DNA of 64,000 bases, from assembly GCA_029742005.1 (NCBI GenBank), contig GCA_029742005.1_4113.1. One strand, written 5' to 3'. Below, piece after piece: positions 41,288-52,436 of this stretch. The stretch comes from a phage. The notes beneath the pieces are model-generated. The model had not been told where the DNA came from and did no database searches. It saw only the letters and a program-made list of their open reading frames with translations. Made by a program: the position numbers and the translations under genes. Every line of letters begins with the position of its first letter. Within the stretch, counting starts at the first letter, position 1.

Positions 41288-41650
41288 ATGAATAATATTG
41301 AATTATCTTTTATTGGTCAATTAATGGTAATGGCGTATACATTTATCTTCTCACTGAATGCATTCGTGTGCATTGGGAAGTACTTCCATAAGCGACCATT
41401 ATCAAATATATATGATGTAATCCAAAAGAGATATAGTCCAGCATATACTGTGTTGGGTACAGTATTCAATTTTGGTTTTATTGTATTAATAATTGGACTG
41501 TTCACATCCTCTTTGAATACAATAACCTTCGGTCTTATGATATGTTCATTGGTATTAGCCGTAATTATATGTTGTTTAGTACTACACCTTGTGATACTAT
41601 TATATATAAAGATCTCTGAAATCCACCAACGTTTGGGTATGAGGAAATAA
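41288..41650 (+). CDS. small 3-TM membrane protein, array member
   Basis: Coupled start. Confidence 0.55.
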   Translation: MNNIELSFIGQLMVMAYTFIFSLNAFVCIGKYFHKRPLSNIYDVIQKRYSPAYTVLGTVFNFGFIVLIIGLFTSSLNTITFGLMICSLVLAVIICCLVLHLVILLYIKISEIHQRLGMRK

Positions 41651-41651
41651 T

Positions 41652-42023
41652 ATGAGTTACCGTGAGATATTTTCCATTATTTCAATTATTATGTTCAGTA
41701 CTGGAACACTGGTATGGTTATTATATTTCTTCTGTATTAATCCAGTGTATAATATGTTATGTAATATTAAATCAAGTGCCGGATATATCACTTTTATGGT
41801 CTTTATGGGATATTATTGTCTAAGCATTTTAGGTGTTGTTTTGGTTGTTATATTTGATGTGGGGCCAAATAGTGATGGTATGGAAATACATGAATTAATA
41901 ACCATGTTTGGATGTATGATACCAACAGCACTACTGTTTGTAGCTACTGGTAGTGGATTGATAAAATTATATAATTATTTAAAATCCATTCATAATTCCA
42001 TTCATAATAAGCGTATGTCATAA
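41652..42023 (+). CDS. small 3-TM membrane protein, array member
   Basis: Coupled start. Confidence 0.55.
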   Translation: MSYREIFSIISIIMFSTGTLVWLLYFFCINPVYNMLCNIKSSAGYITFMVFMGYYCLSILGVVLVVIFDVGPNSDGMEIHELITMFGCMIPTALLFVATGSGLIKLYNYLKSIHNSIHNKRMS

Positions 42024-42065
42024 TAAAAAATCCAGTACTATTAAGTACTGGATGTATAAGGAGTT

Positions 42066-42728
42066 ATGATGAAATCAAAATTAGGTTTGTTTTATAAAAA
42101 CTATTTTGTTAAACAACGTAAATTTATAAAAAAATATTTCTCTGGTGAGAAGTCTAGTCCTATAATTTTTAAAAGACCAAGTTATAATACTTACTTAGCT
42201 GGTGCTAAACAGTCTAAGAAATTTATTACTCTTTTAAATAAAAACAAAATTAAAGCTTCTTATGTTGAAACGAGAAGAAACTCATCAATAACTCCTGGTG
42301 ATTTTATTGAGTACGGATGTTTCAATATTAAGTATAATGATAATACATACTTTATGGATATTGATTGTAATACATCCAATCTTTTTAACATTGTAGTAAA
42401 TCCATTAAAACAATATAATGTTTATGGTGATTCTATTATCAAATTAATAAAAAACAAAGATGGCTTTGATTTTGAAATAAATGTTTTAGATGATAATTTT
42501 GACGAAGTACCCGTAAACCCTGAAATCTGTGATATTTTAAACAGTTTAAAAGGTAGTACCTACAATATATCATCTGATTTAATGTTTCAGTACTCATTAA
42601 TCCATAAAGATATTGAAAAGTATATTGAATGCTCCAGAATTTTGAATTTTCTCTATGATGAATTTAAAAAGAGTTCTAAAATAACTGCATACACTTTGTA
42701 CAATATTCCTAAAATGGTGAATCTTTAA
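42066..42728 (+). CDS. hypothetical protein (220 aa)
   Basis: ORF track; AAGGAG RBS; last plus-strand gene before strand switch. Confidence 0.55.
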   Translation: MMKSKLGLFYKNYFVKQRKFIKKYFSGEKSSPIIFKRPSYNTYLAGAKQSKKFITLLNKNKIKASYVETRRNSSITPGDFIEYGCFNIKYNDNTYFMDIDCNTSNLFNIVVNPLKQYNVYGDSIIKLIKNKDGFDFEINVLDDNFDEVPVNPEICDILNSLKGSTYNISSDLMFQYSLIHKDIEKYIECSRILNFLYDEFKKSSKITAYTLYNIPKMVNL

Positions 42729-43132
42729 CAAATACAGTACTGGCAACTCCACCGTCTGTAATATATTGTCCAGTACTGTAAATTTGTATACCATCGGTTA
42801 AGTAAGTTCTGTATAAAGTTGCTGTAACATATACGTTATTCATATTCATCTCTATTGGTAGTACACATTTGGTATAGGCCGACACATCTGTTTGTGTACC
42901 TATACCCAATTGACCTGCGTTATCGCCTGTGTTATTACCAGTTGCGTAAACACCCAATGAAGTTATAATATGATTAGAAAAATATGAATAACCCAAACTC
43001 TTGAGATTCTCTACTGTACAACGTACCATCTGACATAAGGGCAAAAACTGTTGTATCAGATGAAGCTATTTTTGTTACAGAAGGTTGTATGTTCTGTTTT
43101 GATGATGTGATAATTCTTCGAAAGGGTAGCAT
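42709..43132 (-). pseudogene. truncated and frameshifted RCC1-like paralog
   Basis: N-terminus MLPFRRI in one frame (42974..43198) continues in another frame (42709..43044) carrying GNNTGDNAGQLGIGTQTD. Confidence 0.5.
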
Positions 43133-43203
43133 TGTATCCTCCAAATGTAAATCGTTATTATATTTAGGACAAAAAATGCCAGTACAAGGCACTGGCATAA
43201 AAT

Positions 43204-44373
43204 CTAAGCAGAAGGCATATCCTTCATCTTAATAAATGAAAATTGTGTACCAGTATTTGTGGTTTGATCAGTAAAATATGAATTACTACCAGCCCAGTAC
43301 AATTCATTATTAACTATACAATATATAACAGAACTCGAACTCTGTGAATACACACGACTTATATTTGATGGTTCTACTCCAGTACTGAACTGAACCGAAC
43401 CCAACTGTGAACTTGGTATCACATCAGTTGGTCTACCTAAACCATTAACACCAGCCCCACCACCACATGTATATACCCCAGTACTATCAGTTGATATATT
43501 AACATAACCATTCCCGGCATTTTCAAATAGTATTTCACTGGGAGCAACACCAAATCCTGTAAGATCTATTTTCCTGAATGTAGTGTAAACAGTAGAACCA
43601 CCAACACCTCTTCCACCATAATCATTAGAACCAGCCATATAGATACTATATCCAGAACTTCCTAAACATAATAACTGTACGTTGTCATATAATATTTGCA
43701 TAGATATAACGTTATCAGGAATACTCAATACCGTAAAAGTAGTTAAAGAAGAACTTCCAATATTACTACCAACCGATGTTCCACATCTGTAGTACTTACC
43801 GCCTTTTATATAATGGAACGATGAACCCCCTAACTTATGTGCTCCTATTGCACTTACCTCAGTATCTATGAGAATGGGAGATACAACTTTGTTATTAACA
43901 CCTAACTCAGATCTACTGTTCATACCGAACCCATATAAACGACCATCTAACATCAATATTAGTGTACTACCGGAAGTACCCGCTGACGTAAATTCTATAT
44001 TCTTTATTTGCGACACGTCAATACCTACAAATAATGAAGTTACTTCAGTCCAGTTAACATATGAACCACTAGCCCCAAAATATCCACCCATGTATAGACC
44101 TGCACAATATAATTTATTATCAACAGTCTTTATTAATGTACCGGATACACACGCCCAAAAATCATCAACTTCATAGGGTACATGTACCCAACCACCTAAT
44201 ACATCACTAGCATCCCCTGTACCTAATTTATAGTTCGAACCAGAACCACGCATGTACATATTCCCTGTACTATAAAGTAATCCGACATGTAATTGACTAC
44301 CATCCAATTTCTTTATTTCGGGAAGAGTTGGTTTAATATTTCCGTACTTTAACATTCTTCCAAAAGGTAACAT
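43204..44373 (-). CDS. RCC1-like beta-propeller repeat protein, array member 1
   Basis: Start at MLPFGRMLKYGN after AAGGAGG RBS; repeated Y-x-x-G-x-N-x-x-G-x-L/G-G motifs. Confidence 0.7.
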   Translation of the reverse strand: MLPFGRMLKYGNIKPTLPEIKKLDGSQLHVGLLYSTGNMYMRGSGSNYKLGTGDASDVLGGWVHVPYEVDDFWACVSGTLIKTVDNKLYCAGLYMGGYFGASGSYVNWTEVTSLFVGIDVSQIKNIEFTSAGTSGSTLILMLDGRLYGFGMNSRSELGVNNKVVSPILIDTEVSAIGAHKLGGSSFHYIKGGKYYRCGTSVGSNIGSSSLTTFTVLSIPDNVISMQILYDNVQLLCLGSSGYSIYMAGSNDYGGRGVGGSTVYTTFRKIDLTGFGVAPSEILFENAGNGYVNISTDSTGVYTCGGGAGVNGLGRPTDVIPSSQLGSVQFSTGVEPSNISRVYSQSSSSVIYCIVNNELYWAGSNSYFTDQTTNTGTQFSFIKMKDMPSA

Positions 44374-44444
44374 AATTCCTCCTTTATTCATTATACTATA
44401 TTTAATACAAAAAGAAAAGCCAGTACAGAGTACTGGCCTATATT

Positions 44445-45164
44445 TTAGACTGAATTGTTAGGATAATATCTCCCACGTCCCCATATTATTCGCACAGCAC
44501 CACCACCAGCAGCCGTATAAGAAAAATTATCCCATATACTACCACCACCACCATACATCTTACCAGCACCACCACTACCAGCACCACCATTATATGAACC
44601 ATCGTATCTACCGCCAATACCATTAGCACCTTGAACAATGATACCAGTACCACCACCCGTACCAATGAACGAGGTATTATAGAATGCACCACCACCGCCG
44701 CCGCCGCCAGCACCATTTTCACCAGTGATTGCATCTCCGTTACCACCTTTACCAGTGTAGCCACCAGCACCACCACCAATGACTGCACCACCACTTACAC
44801 CAGCGTTGCCCCCATTACCACCACCATCATTAATAGCGTTAGCAGCTTTCCCACCTAGTCCACCAACCCTATATTCACCAGTGAAGCTAACACATAGTTT
44901 TTCAGTTCCACGATATAAACCGTTTTCAACTGGTGTAGTAGTGTTGGGATGTGTAAGAGAAACACTTAAGTACTCACCACTAGTAACCGGAATATTATTA
45001 CGCCACGATAAGCCGCCACCAGCACCACGTTGACCACCCGGCGAAATAACACATACTGATATTTCGGTAACGCCAGCAGGAACTGTAAATTGTGTTGTTC
45101 CTATTGTCGTGATTAATTGTTCACCATGTGGCTTATATTCAATTTTATTCCCTCCTTTATTCAT
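44445..45164 (-). CDS. glycine-rich repeat protein (start codon uncertain)
   Basis: ~100-aa N-terminal domain then GGxGG-rich tract ending GGGAVRIIWG; same upstream cassette as RCC1-like genes. Confidence 0.55.
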   Translation of the reverse strand: MNKGGNKIEYKPHGEQLITTIGTTQFTVPAGVTEISVCVISPGGQRGAGGGLSWRNNIPVTSGEYLSVSLTHPNTTTPVENGLYRGTEKLCVSFTGEYRVGGLGGKAANAINDGGGNGGNAGVSGGAVIGGGAGGYTGKGGNGDAITGENGAGGGGGGGAFYNTSFIGTGGGTGIIVQGANGIGGRYDGSYNGGAGSGGAGKMYGGGGSIWDNFSYTAAGGGAVRIIWGRGRYYPNNSV

Positions 45165-45218
45165 TATAATATATTTAATACAAAAAAGAAAAGCCAGTAC
45201 TCTGTACTGGCTTTTACA

Positions 45219-46409
45219 TTACAATTGTCTAGGTGTATCCAGTACATATCTATTTGTACGAGGACCACCATCATCATGCGTTCCGGTTGAATATATATTT
45301 TTCATATCAGCAGTTAGGAAAGTACGATACGAACCGCGATATATTTTAATTTTATCATACATAGAATATGTTATTCCTGACGGCAATGGACATGCAGTAA
45401 ATTTACCAATGGTAACATTAGAACCAACACCTAATGTACCAGCATAACCACTCGCATTTAAACCAGTTGCATATACACCTGTACTCGTAACTAGTATACT
45501 AGATTGTGATGCATATCCAGTATGGATTGAATAATAAGTTCCTGATGGTAATGTAGTACTATTATTCCCTAATACTGCTAGTGCTGTACTATTCGTAGTG
45601 TTATTACCCCATGCCCCATTATTAGCTAATCCACCAACTAGAAACTGACGTGCTCCTGTATTTGGATTCTCCACTAAAGCACTGACAGCACCAAATGAAC
45701 AAACAGTATATTGTAATGTTTTTGTATATGTGGTACTTGGCTTATACAAAGTATATTCATTAAATGGTGTCCATGTGGTACTAGTACTTATGCCAGATGT
45801 ACTACCACCAATATATAAATTATTTTGTGTATCAAAAAACATTGCACAGTAATTTGTTGACTGTATTTGTGCAATATCTACATCTGGTGTTACCGCTTTA
45901 ACAAATGAACCATCTGATATTTGATAAGTAGTTCCTGTACCATCTGCGAATTGTCTAGCACTATTCCACCCTGTACTCCATATTGTATTATTATCCATTA
46001 AGAAAGTAAACCATGTAGTACCTGCATACATCTGTTTAATTGAAGTACTTGAACTTTGTTTGTACAATTTTTCAATATATTGGTTATAACTTAAAAATGA
46101 TGTAGTACTAGTTTCTAAACCAATATGACTACCATATCCACAATAAAAATAATTTAAGTCCTTATCTTGAACTAACAAAGTTCCTTGTGTCATCCAGCAA
46201 TCTTTGACATTTTCTCTAATTAATGTCCACGACCTTACTGCATTATTATTTCCTCTACCAAACTTCCCAAAACTATTACTGCCTCGTGCGTATAGTTGAC
46301 CGTCGGTATAAAGTACAACAACCTCAGTATCAGTTGGTATTATTTTCTTAATTTGAAGAGGTTCAGGTGTGATATTCCCATAATCAAACATTCTAACAAA
46401 AGGTAACAT
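45219..46409 (-). CDS. RCC1-like beta-propeller repeat protein, array member 2
   Basis: N-terminus MLPFVRMFDYGN. Confidence 0.7.
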   Translation of the reverse strand: MLPFVRMFDYGNITPEPLQIKKIIPTDTEVVVLYTDGQLYARGSNSFGKFGRGNNNAVRSWTLIRENVKDCWMTQGTLLVQDKDLNYFYCGYGSHIGLETSTTSFLSYNQYIEKLYKQSSSTSIKQMYAGTTWFTFLMDNNTIWSTGWNSARQFADGTGTTYQISDGSFVKAVTPDVDIAQIQSTNYCAMFFDTQNNLYIGGSTSGISTSTTWTPFNEYTLYKPSTTYTKTLQYTVCSFGAVSALVENPNTGARQFLVGGLANNGAWGNNTTNSTALAVLGNNSTTLPSGTYYSIHTGYASQSSILVTSTGVYATGLNASGYAGTLGVGSNVTIGKFTACPLPSGITYSMYDKIKIYRGSYRTFLTADMKNIYSTGTHDDGGPRTNRYVLDTPRQL

Positions 46410-46478
46410 ATTTCCTCCTTATTCATTATACTATATTTAATACAAATAAGAATGCCAGTATCAAGTACTGGCATTATG

Positions 46479-47588
46479 TTATTTTGGTAAATCAATTTTA
46501 GTAAAGACTGCAACATCCTCGATTGCACCTGGAATGGCGTAATACGATCCAGTACTATACACATCTCCATTTTTGGTTAATATCGATGTCAAACCATCAC
46601 TAAAAAGAACATCCCTAATCTCACTAACTTCAACGGGTAATTGTAAATTGGTAGCACTATATATAGCACCAGTTTGAGAATTGTTTAATCCCAAACCACG
46701 GTTCGCCCCAACACCCTTCTGATATGTACTAGTAATTACCATTTGTGTAGCAGTATTTAAGGCAGGTGAATTCGTCATAAACAACGGAGAACTATTAGGC
46801 AAAGTACTTACAGGAACGGCACGGAATGTAGTCGTGCCTGAACTAAGAAAGTTTGGAGTTTGACCACATACGAAATATGATGTACCATTATAGTAATTGA
46901 ATGCATTACCACCAATGGCTGCATCGATTACACCAGAACTACGCAATCCCCAAGTGTTAATTTGTGTTTGGTTCCCCGTACCATGCTGTCCACTACTATT
47001 CCATCCAGAACTATATAGCTTATTATCTAATGTAAGATACATACTATCATTCGCATTGGTCATTACTTTACGAACGTTCGTAGCACATTGAGTTAATGTG
47101 TAAATTGATGAGGAACCAATACCCAAAGAACCACGATATCCATTATCTCCTGCACCATAGAGTACTGAATTAGTGCTAAGTACAAATATTAAACCATTTG
47201 TACATACAATATTAGCAATTTCACTTACTGGTATAGCATTGGTAAACCAATTAGTCCTTTCAACTAATACAGTACTGTAAGAAGTAGTTGTAGAAGATGA
47301 GAACCAGTACGTTTGACCTGATGTCCATATCGTATTATCATTTTTAATAATAACAAGTGTACGATCACCCACGAAAAAATTAGAAACATCTGCACTTACT
47401 AATATCCATGAAGATACCGTGTTGGTATTACCATTTCCAGATTCACCACCTTGATTTCTACCTATGTAATATAAATCATGTGAATCAGTCAATAAGAATT
47501 GACCTTGTGTAGAAGCACCAACTTTAATTATATTTTTAGGACCAGGTACAATATTTCCGTACTTAACCATTCTTGCAAAAGGTAACAT
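46479..47588 (-). CDS. RCC1-like beta-propeller repeat protein, array member 3
   Basis: N-terminus MLPFARMVKYGN; C-terminus FTKIDLPK. Confidence 0.7.
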   Translation of the reverse strand: MLPFARMVKYGNIVPGPKNIIKVGASTQGQFLLTDSHDLYYIGRNQGGESGNGNTNTVSSWILVSADVSNFFVGDRTLVIIKNDNTIWTSGQTYWFSSSTTTSYSTVLVERTNWFTNAIPVSEIANIVCTNGLIFVLSTNSVLYGAGDNGYRGSLGIGSSSIYTLTQCATNVRKVMTNANDSMYLTLDNKLYSSGWNSSGQHGTGNQTQINTWGLRSSGVIDAAIGGNAFNYYNGTSYFVCGQTPNFLSSGTTTFRAVPVSTLPNSSPLFMTNSPALNTATQMVITSTYQKGVGANRGLGLNNSQTGAIYSATNLQLPVEVSEIRDVLFSDGLTSILTKNGDVYSTGSYYAIPGAIEDVAVFTKIDLPK

Positions 47589-47598
47589 AATTCTCTCC

Positions 47599-48729
47599 TT
47601 AATTTAATAATGCCCCTGGCAAATCCACTTTGACGAATTGTGCATATGCTGAGGAATTTTGATCAAAGTTTGGTCCCAATCCATAAAATGAGCTAATGCC
47701 GTCTTCATTTGTGTATATGATATAAACGTTCTTTACATCATTTCCGCATATAAATCGAATGTCTTTCGTTTGTGTTCCCGCTGGAACATTACGAAGGTTC
47801 ACAACGCCATTACTTGCATTGTTATCAGCCGACGCAATTGGTAATTGATTTTGACCATATTGACCACGCATATTTTTTGCATCTAAACCAAACACAGTAT
47901 TTGATACCGCACCAACTTTCAAAAATGAACCAAAACTATTATTGAATGACTTTGGAAATGTACCACTATAAACACTTCTCCCATCTGATAATACCGCTGA
48001 ACTGAATTTCCCGTTATTCGATATGGCAAATTCATTGTAAGGAAGTGTACCCATTTTGGTATATACAGAATATGAATTAGTGGAAGTATTATCAATAATC
48101 TTATTACCATTATATCCAATACCATACTGGTATCCGTCTGCATCTTGAACTATACACAAAGGACCACTTGGGGTTTGTGTCAACGAAACAACACGTTCAA
48201 CTTGTATATCACCAAATGTATTTCTTCGCCATGTTCTATCTATTATAGTACTAGTATTACCCAAAGATAATTCCACACTATATAATAGATTGTTTTCAGT
48301 AAAAATGGCAACATAATATGCGTGGTTAATAACTTGCTTCATCCCAGCATCAATAACTTCCTGTGGAATATGATCAGTAACATCCAACCAATCAAGGTTA
48401 GATGATGCAATATCTGGAGTACTGAATTTGTCAAATCTAGTTGAGCCACAAACTAGCACTCTATCATCATTTGTCAAAGCCACTGTGCTAGTCTGCATAT
48501 TAGAACTGAATGATTTAACATTACTAATGTTAGACTTGTACCAACCCTTATCAGCAGCACCCACCGTGAATCCGGTTCCCATTGATCCACTTGTACTTGT
48601 ACCATAAGCCCACATCTCACCACTATATGTTAGTGCCATACAGTGGCTTCCATTTGCTTGGAAATCCTTTATACCAGTGGGAGCAACCACTGTATTCCCA
48701 TAATCAAACATTCTAACAAAAGGTAACAT
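47599..48729 (-). CDS. RCC1-like beta-propeller repeat protein, array member 4
   Basis: Start at MLPFVRMFDYGN; C-terminus FVKVDLPG. Confidence 0.7.
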   Translation of the reverse strand: MLPFVRMFDYGNTVVAPTGIKDFQANGSHCMALTYSGEMWAYGTSTSGSMGTGFTVGAADKGWYKSNISNVKSFSSNMQTSTVALTNDDRVLVCGSTRFDKFSTPDIASSNLDWLDVTDHIPQEVIDAGMKQVINHAYYVAIFTENNLLYSVELSLGNTSTIIDRTWRRNTFGDIQVERVVSLTQTPSGPLCIVQDADGYQYGIGYNGNKIIDNTSTNSYSVYTKMGTLPYNEFAISNNGKFSSAVLSDGRSVYSGTFPKSFNNSFGSFLKVGAVSNTVFGLDAKNMRGQYGQNQLPIASADNNASNGVVNLRNVPAGTQTKDIRFICGNDVKNVYIIYTNEDGISSFYGLGPNFDQNSSAYAQFVKVDLPGALLN

Positions 48730-48804
48730 AACTAAAATCTCCATATAATAATTATAATGTATTTACAAAAAAATACCAGTACATATTTCAGTACTGGCAT
48801 TTTG

Positions 48805-49932
48805 TTAAAATGGTAAATCTATTTGTTTAGTAAATGTCATACTTAGTGGTATTGAACACATTGACGCATTTCTCCCATTTAAATTGGACGGAGGCTGTCC
48901 GTTCATCCATATATTGGTATCGTCGTAAAAAGTACTCCACCACGTAGAACCTTCCGTATGAAGATTAATATTAAAATCAGGGAATTGACATTCTTGAAAA
49001 ACATCAAAAAACGGGATAGATGATACACTACTACCAGTAAATGGAGTGTAGCCTGTTGACATTAATTTATTAGTATCCGAATTTACCAAAAAGATAACAG
49101 AACCAGTATTGAATGGTGAATATTTTGGATACAAATTACTCATATCACCGATAGTGAAGTTGATATCAAATATTTTACTATGCTTACCAGTTCCTGAAAG
49201 TGTAGTACCAGTTACATATATTTTATTATCAGTTGTTCCCATGACAAACCCAATTCCAAATCCCACACAAAATGTTATGTCATATGGTATATTATCAAAG
49301 AGTGGGACAAACGTTGTGGCATCACCAGTAGTAGCTTTTATTTGATAGCTATTATTTGCCCCAGCACCCCAAACAGTACCATTTGATTTCACTTTGAATA
49401 TACTATCTCCTATGTAGTGACCGTATATACTATCAACTTCAGTATCAAGTTTTGTCCATTGTGATACAAAGTTTTTATGCCCTAAACCTAAACAACCATT
49501 GCGGTTTAGTCCCCTGCCGTATAGTGTACCATCATTCATCAGTACAAATGTTGTGTATCCACAAAGCATTTTTTTGATTTGTGTAACATCAATACCAGCA
49601 AAAAAACCACTCCAATCAGTATATCCTTGTTGGATTGCGTTTGATTTGGTGAATGACATAGTTGGTCCTGAACCATATATTTTACCATCTTTTATAATCA
49701 CTGAATAAGAACCTAACCATACATCTTGAACATTCTCACTAATTGTTTTCAATTCACCATATGCAGAGAATGGAGTACTTTGCCCTGCACTATATGATGA
49801 ATCTTCACCGTGTGCATATAATGTTCCATTTTCTGTTAGAATCATTTCCAAATATACACAATTGACAATTTTCTTTATTTTATTAACTTCTATTTTATTT
49901 CCGTACGCTAACATCCTTGCAAAAGGTAACAT
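48805..49932 (-). CDS. RCC1-like beta-propeller repeat protein, array member 5
   Basis: Start at MLPFARMLAYGN; C-terminus FTKQIDLPF. Confidence 0.7.
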   Translation of the reverse strand: MLPFARMLAYGNKIEVNKIKKIVNCVYLEMILTENGTLYAHGEDSSYSAGQSTPFSAYGELKTISENVQDVWLGSYSVIIKDGKIYGSGPTMSFTKSNAIQQGYTDWSGFFAGIDVTQIKKMLCGYTTFVLMNDGTLYGRGLNRNGCLGLGHKNFVSQWTKLDTEVDSIYGHYIGDSIFKVKSNGTVWGAGANNSYQIKATTGDATTFVPLFDNIPYDITFCVGFGIGFVMGTTDNKIYVTGTTLSGTGKHSKIFDINFTIGDMSNLYPKYSPFNTGSVIFLVNSDTNKLMSTGYTPFTGSSVSSIPFFDVFQECQFPDFNINLHTEGSTWWSTFYDDTNIWMNGQPPSNLNGRNASMCSIPLSMTFTKQIDLPF

Positions 49933-50007
49933 AACTAAAATCTCCATATAATAATTATAATGTATTTACAAAAAAATACCAGCACATATTTCAGTACTGG
50001 TATAATG

Positions 50008-51180
50008 TTATGGTAAAATAATAGCTTGTAACGAACTCATACCCAATGTTGGAACACTCGCCTGTGGTGCTGGTGCATTCACTTTTGGTGATGAAACCGC
50101 ATAAGTCATTCCTGTACCCAAATCTGGATCAAAAACTACAGAACAATAATCCCCATTGTATATAAGTCCATTAGTATATCCTTGTACACTTTGAATGCAT
50201 TTCGTGAACGTACCAATGTCAGTAGTGGCATTTATTAAGTTCCTCCCACGGTAGCCACATGTGTATATGAAATTATCATCACCTATGTACATACTCGCAT
50301 TCCCAGAAGAACTACATAGATAAGACATATAAGCACGCATGTTTTTAGGAGCAACTGACAATGTACCAGCATAGAATTTATTATTCATACCCGAAATATC
50401 ACCATCACCCAAAGCACCAAAACTCCCCCAACCAGTACCATAATATCTCTTATCACTCAAGAATATAATACAGTTGTTATTACACATCTTGACTTGATAT
50501 ATCAATGAAGGATCAACCCCAGGGAATGATTCAGTGTATGTTAGAACAGCCAGATCAGTACTGGCATTACATTGATGATATGTATTAGTACCAGCGGACA
50601 ATATTGTACCATCAACTAATAGAATCCTCGAAGTGCCAGTACCAGCAATACAAGCAACAGCATTACCTGTATATATTTTTCTGAAAGTAAAGAAACCAAC
50701 AGTCTTACTCCCCTGTCCACTCCAACCAGTATTATCAACACCACATGCCCATACTGAACCATCTTGCATGATCATCATTACACCATAGCGTTCTATCGAA
50801 ATATAGACAATCTTCGTAGTATCAACTGCACTAAATCTAGAAGTTATATCAGTCCAAACCTTTACACTCACCGCCGTCGCACCGAAAGTAGGATCTTCCC
50901 CTGCTATCATTATCCTACCATTGTTAGTCAGATACATTGTCTGACTATAACCAGTACTACAAAACTTAACACTATCAGTCTCTGGAACTTTTAACCACTC
51001 GTTGTAACGTGTTACGTTAGTGTTATTATCTAACTGATAATAGTTATTCATCCCAGATACATATAACACACCATCCTTTATTAAACTATAAGTCGCACTA
51101 TAGTCACTACAGGTATAACGTGTACCCACAGGTCGCTCAACGACGTTCCCATATTCTAACATCCTTACAAAAGGCAACAT
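50008..51180 (-). CDS. RCC1-like beta-propeller repeat protein, array member 6
   Basis: Start at MLPFVRMLEYGN. Confidence 0.7.
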   Translation of the reverse strand: MLPFVRMLEYGNVVERPVGTRYTCSDYSATYSLIKDGVLYVSGMNNYYQLDNNTNVTRYNEWLKVPETDSVKFCSTGYSQTMYLTNNGRIMIAGEDPTFGATAVSVKVWTDITSRFSAVDTTKIVYISIERYGVMMIMQDGSVWACGVDNTGWSGQGSKTVGFFTFRKIYTGNAVACIAGTGTSRILLVDGTILSAGTNTYHQCNASTDLAVLTYTESFPGVDPSLIYQVKMCNNNCIIFLSDKRYYGTGWGSFGALGDGDISGMNNKFYAGTLSVAPKNMRAYMSYLCSSSGNASMYIGDDNFIYTCGYRGRNLINATTDIGTFTKCIQSVQGYTNGLIYNGDYCSVVFDPDLGTGMTYAVSSPKVNAPAPQASVPTLGMSSLQAIILP

Positions 51181-51221
51181 AACTAAATACCAGAACATAT
51201 TTCAGTACTGGTATCGTAGCG

Positions 51222-52364
51222 TTAAAATGGCATCTTAACCTCTTTATATACTAATATATCACCGGATAAACCAGGAAACGCAGAACCATTACCACATGCA
51301 TATATAGTACTGTCATTCCACGCCGCTTGATGGTAATTACCTATAGTACATTTATAATTCGATAAATCAGTCACACCAGGTGTTAGTACATAATATACTG
51401 GTCCACTAGGTAAATTAAAATCAAATCTACCAAAGTAGTTCAAACCAGATGAATAGGACTTGTCATTAGCAAATATTACAGTACCATCTTCTGTAAAAGA
51501 ACTGTGAGAAATGTCTTTGAGATTGTTCACAACACCAGACGGTATTGATGTATTCAACGTAAAGGACGTCAATGGTGCTGCACTCGGTGTGTTGTTCGCC
51601 GTGTAACCATAATATGCATAACCAGCTACATATACACTCGAATCTGAACAAAATAAAAATGCACTCCTATAACCCAACCTAATACTCTCTATAGTCTTAC
51701 TAAAAGTAACTTTAGTAAAGGTAGGAACTAAACCACTATATCCTACCCCACATGTACCAAAATCATTCTTCCCAGTACTGTACAATTCGTTATTATTTGT
51801 AAGGTAAAATGACGCAGCAGCACCGCTATCTAAAGTACTGTAAACGTCTTTTACATTACTCGCAATCAATTTAAATGCACTCAATACGGTAGCCGAACCA
51901 TTGTTAGACAGCGTTGTTGAATCCGTGCCTTGTCCTATTGTATATAAATCTCCAGTACTAGTCAAAACAAATATACCATTAGTCGCCATAACAATTCTGT
52001 CATTCTTTAAATTAAATGAACTAAAAAGTGTACTTATATCAGTAAAGGTAGTATAACGCCCACTCTGCCCTATACTCGATAAATTCCCACTCAAATAAAC
52101 CTTATTATCATTACCAACAGCTACATAACAACCCCACCCAGCATATATCTGATCAATGCCTTGTATCGGTATTTGTAACCATTCACTACCAGTTACCGAA
52201 GCAGTACTTCCAGTTCCAAGTTCACCAGAGTTATTAGCTCCGAATACATATAAATTCCCACTATCCGATAAAACAACTGTATTACCAACTCCAGTTTTTA
52301 TATCCTTGATACCATTCTTAGGAGCAACATTCCCATAATCAAACATTCTAACAAAAGGTAACAT
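51222..52364 (-). CDS. RCC1-like beta-propeller repeat protein, array member 7
   Basis: N-terminus MLPFVRMFDYGN; C-terminus YKEVKMPF. Confidence 0.7.
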   Translation of the reverse strand: MLPFVRMFDYGNVAPKNGIKDIKTGVGNTVVLSDSGNLYVFGANNSGELGTGSTASVTGSEWLQIPIQGIDQIYAGWGCYVAVGNDNKVYLSGNLSSIGQSGRYTTFTDISTLFSSFNLKNDRIVMATNGIFVLTSTGDLYTIGQGTDSTTLSNNGSATVLSAFKLIASNVKDVYSTLDSGAAASFYLTNNNELYSTGKNDFGTCGVGYSGLVPTFTKVTFSKTIESIRLGYRSAFLFCSDSSVYVAGYAYYGYTANNTPSAAPLTSFTLNTSIPSGVVNNLKDISHSSFTEDGTVIFANDKSYSSGLNYFGRFDFNLPSGPVYYVLTPGVTDLSNYKCTIGNYHQAAWNDSTIYACGNGSAFPGLSGDILVYKEVKMPF

Positions 52365-52436
52365 ATTTCCCTCCTTTATTCATTATACTATATTTAATCA
52401 AAAATAAAAGCCAGTACTTGAGTACTGGCATAGTAT

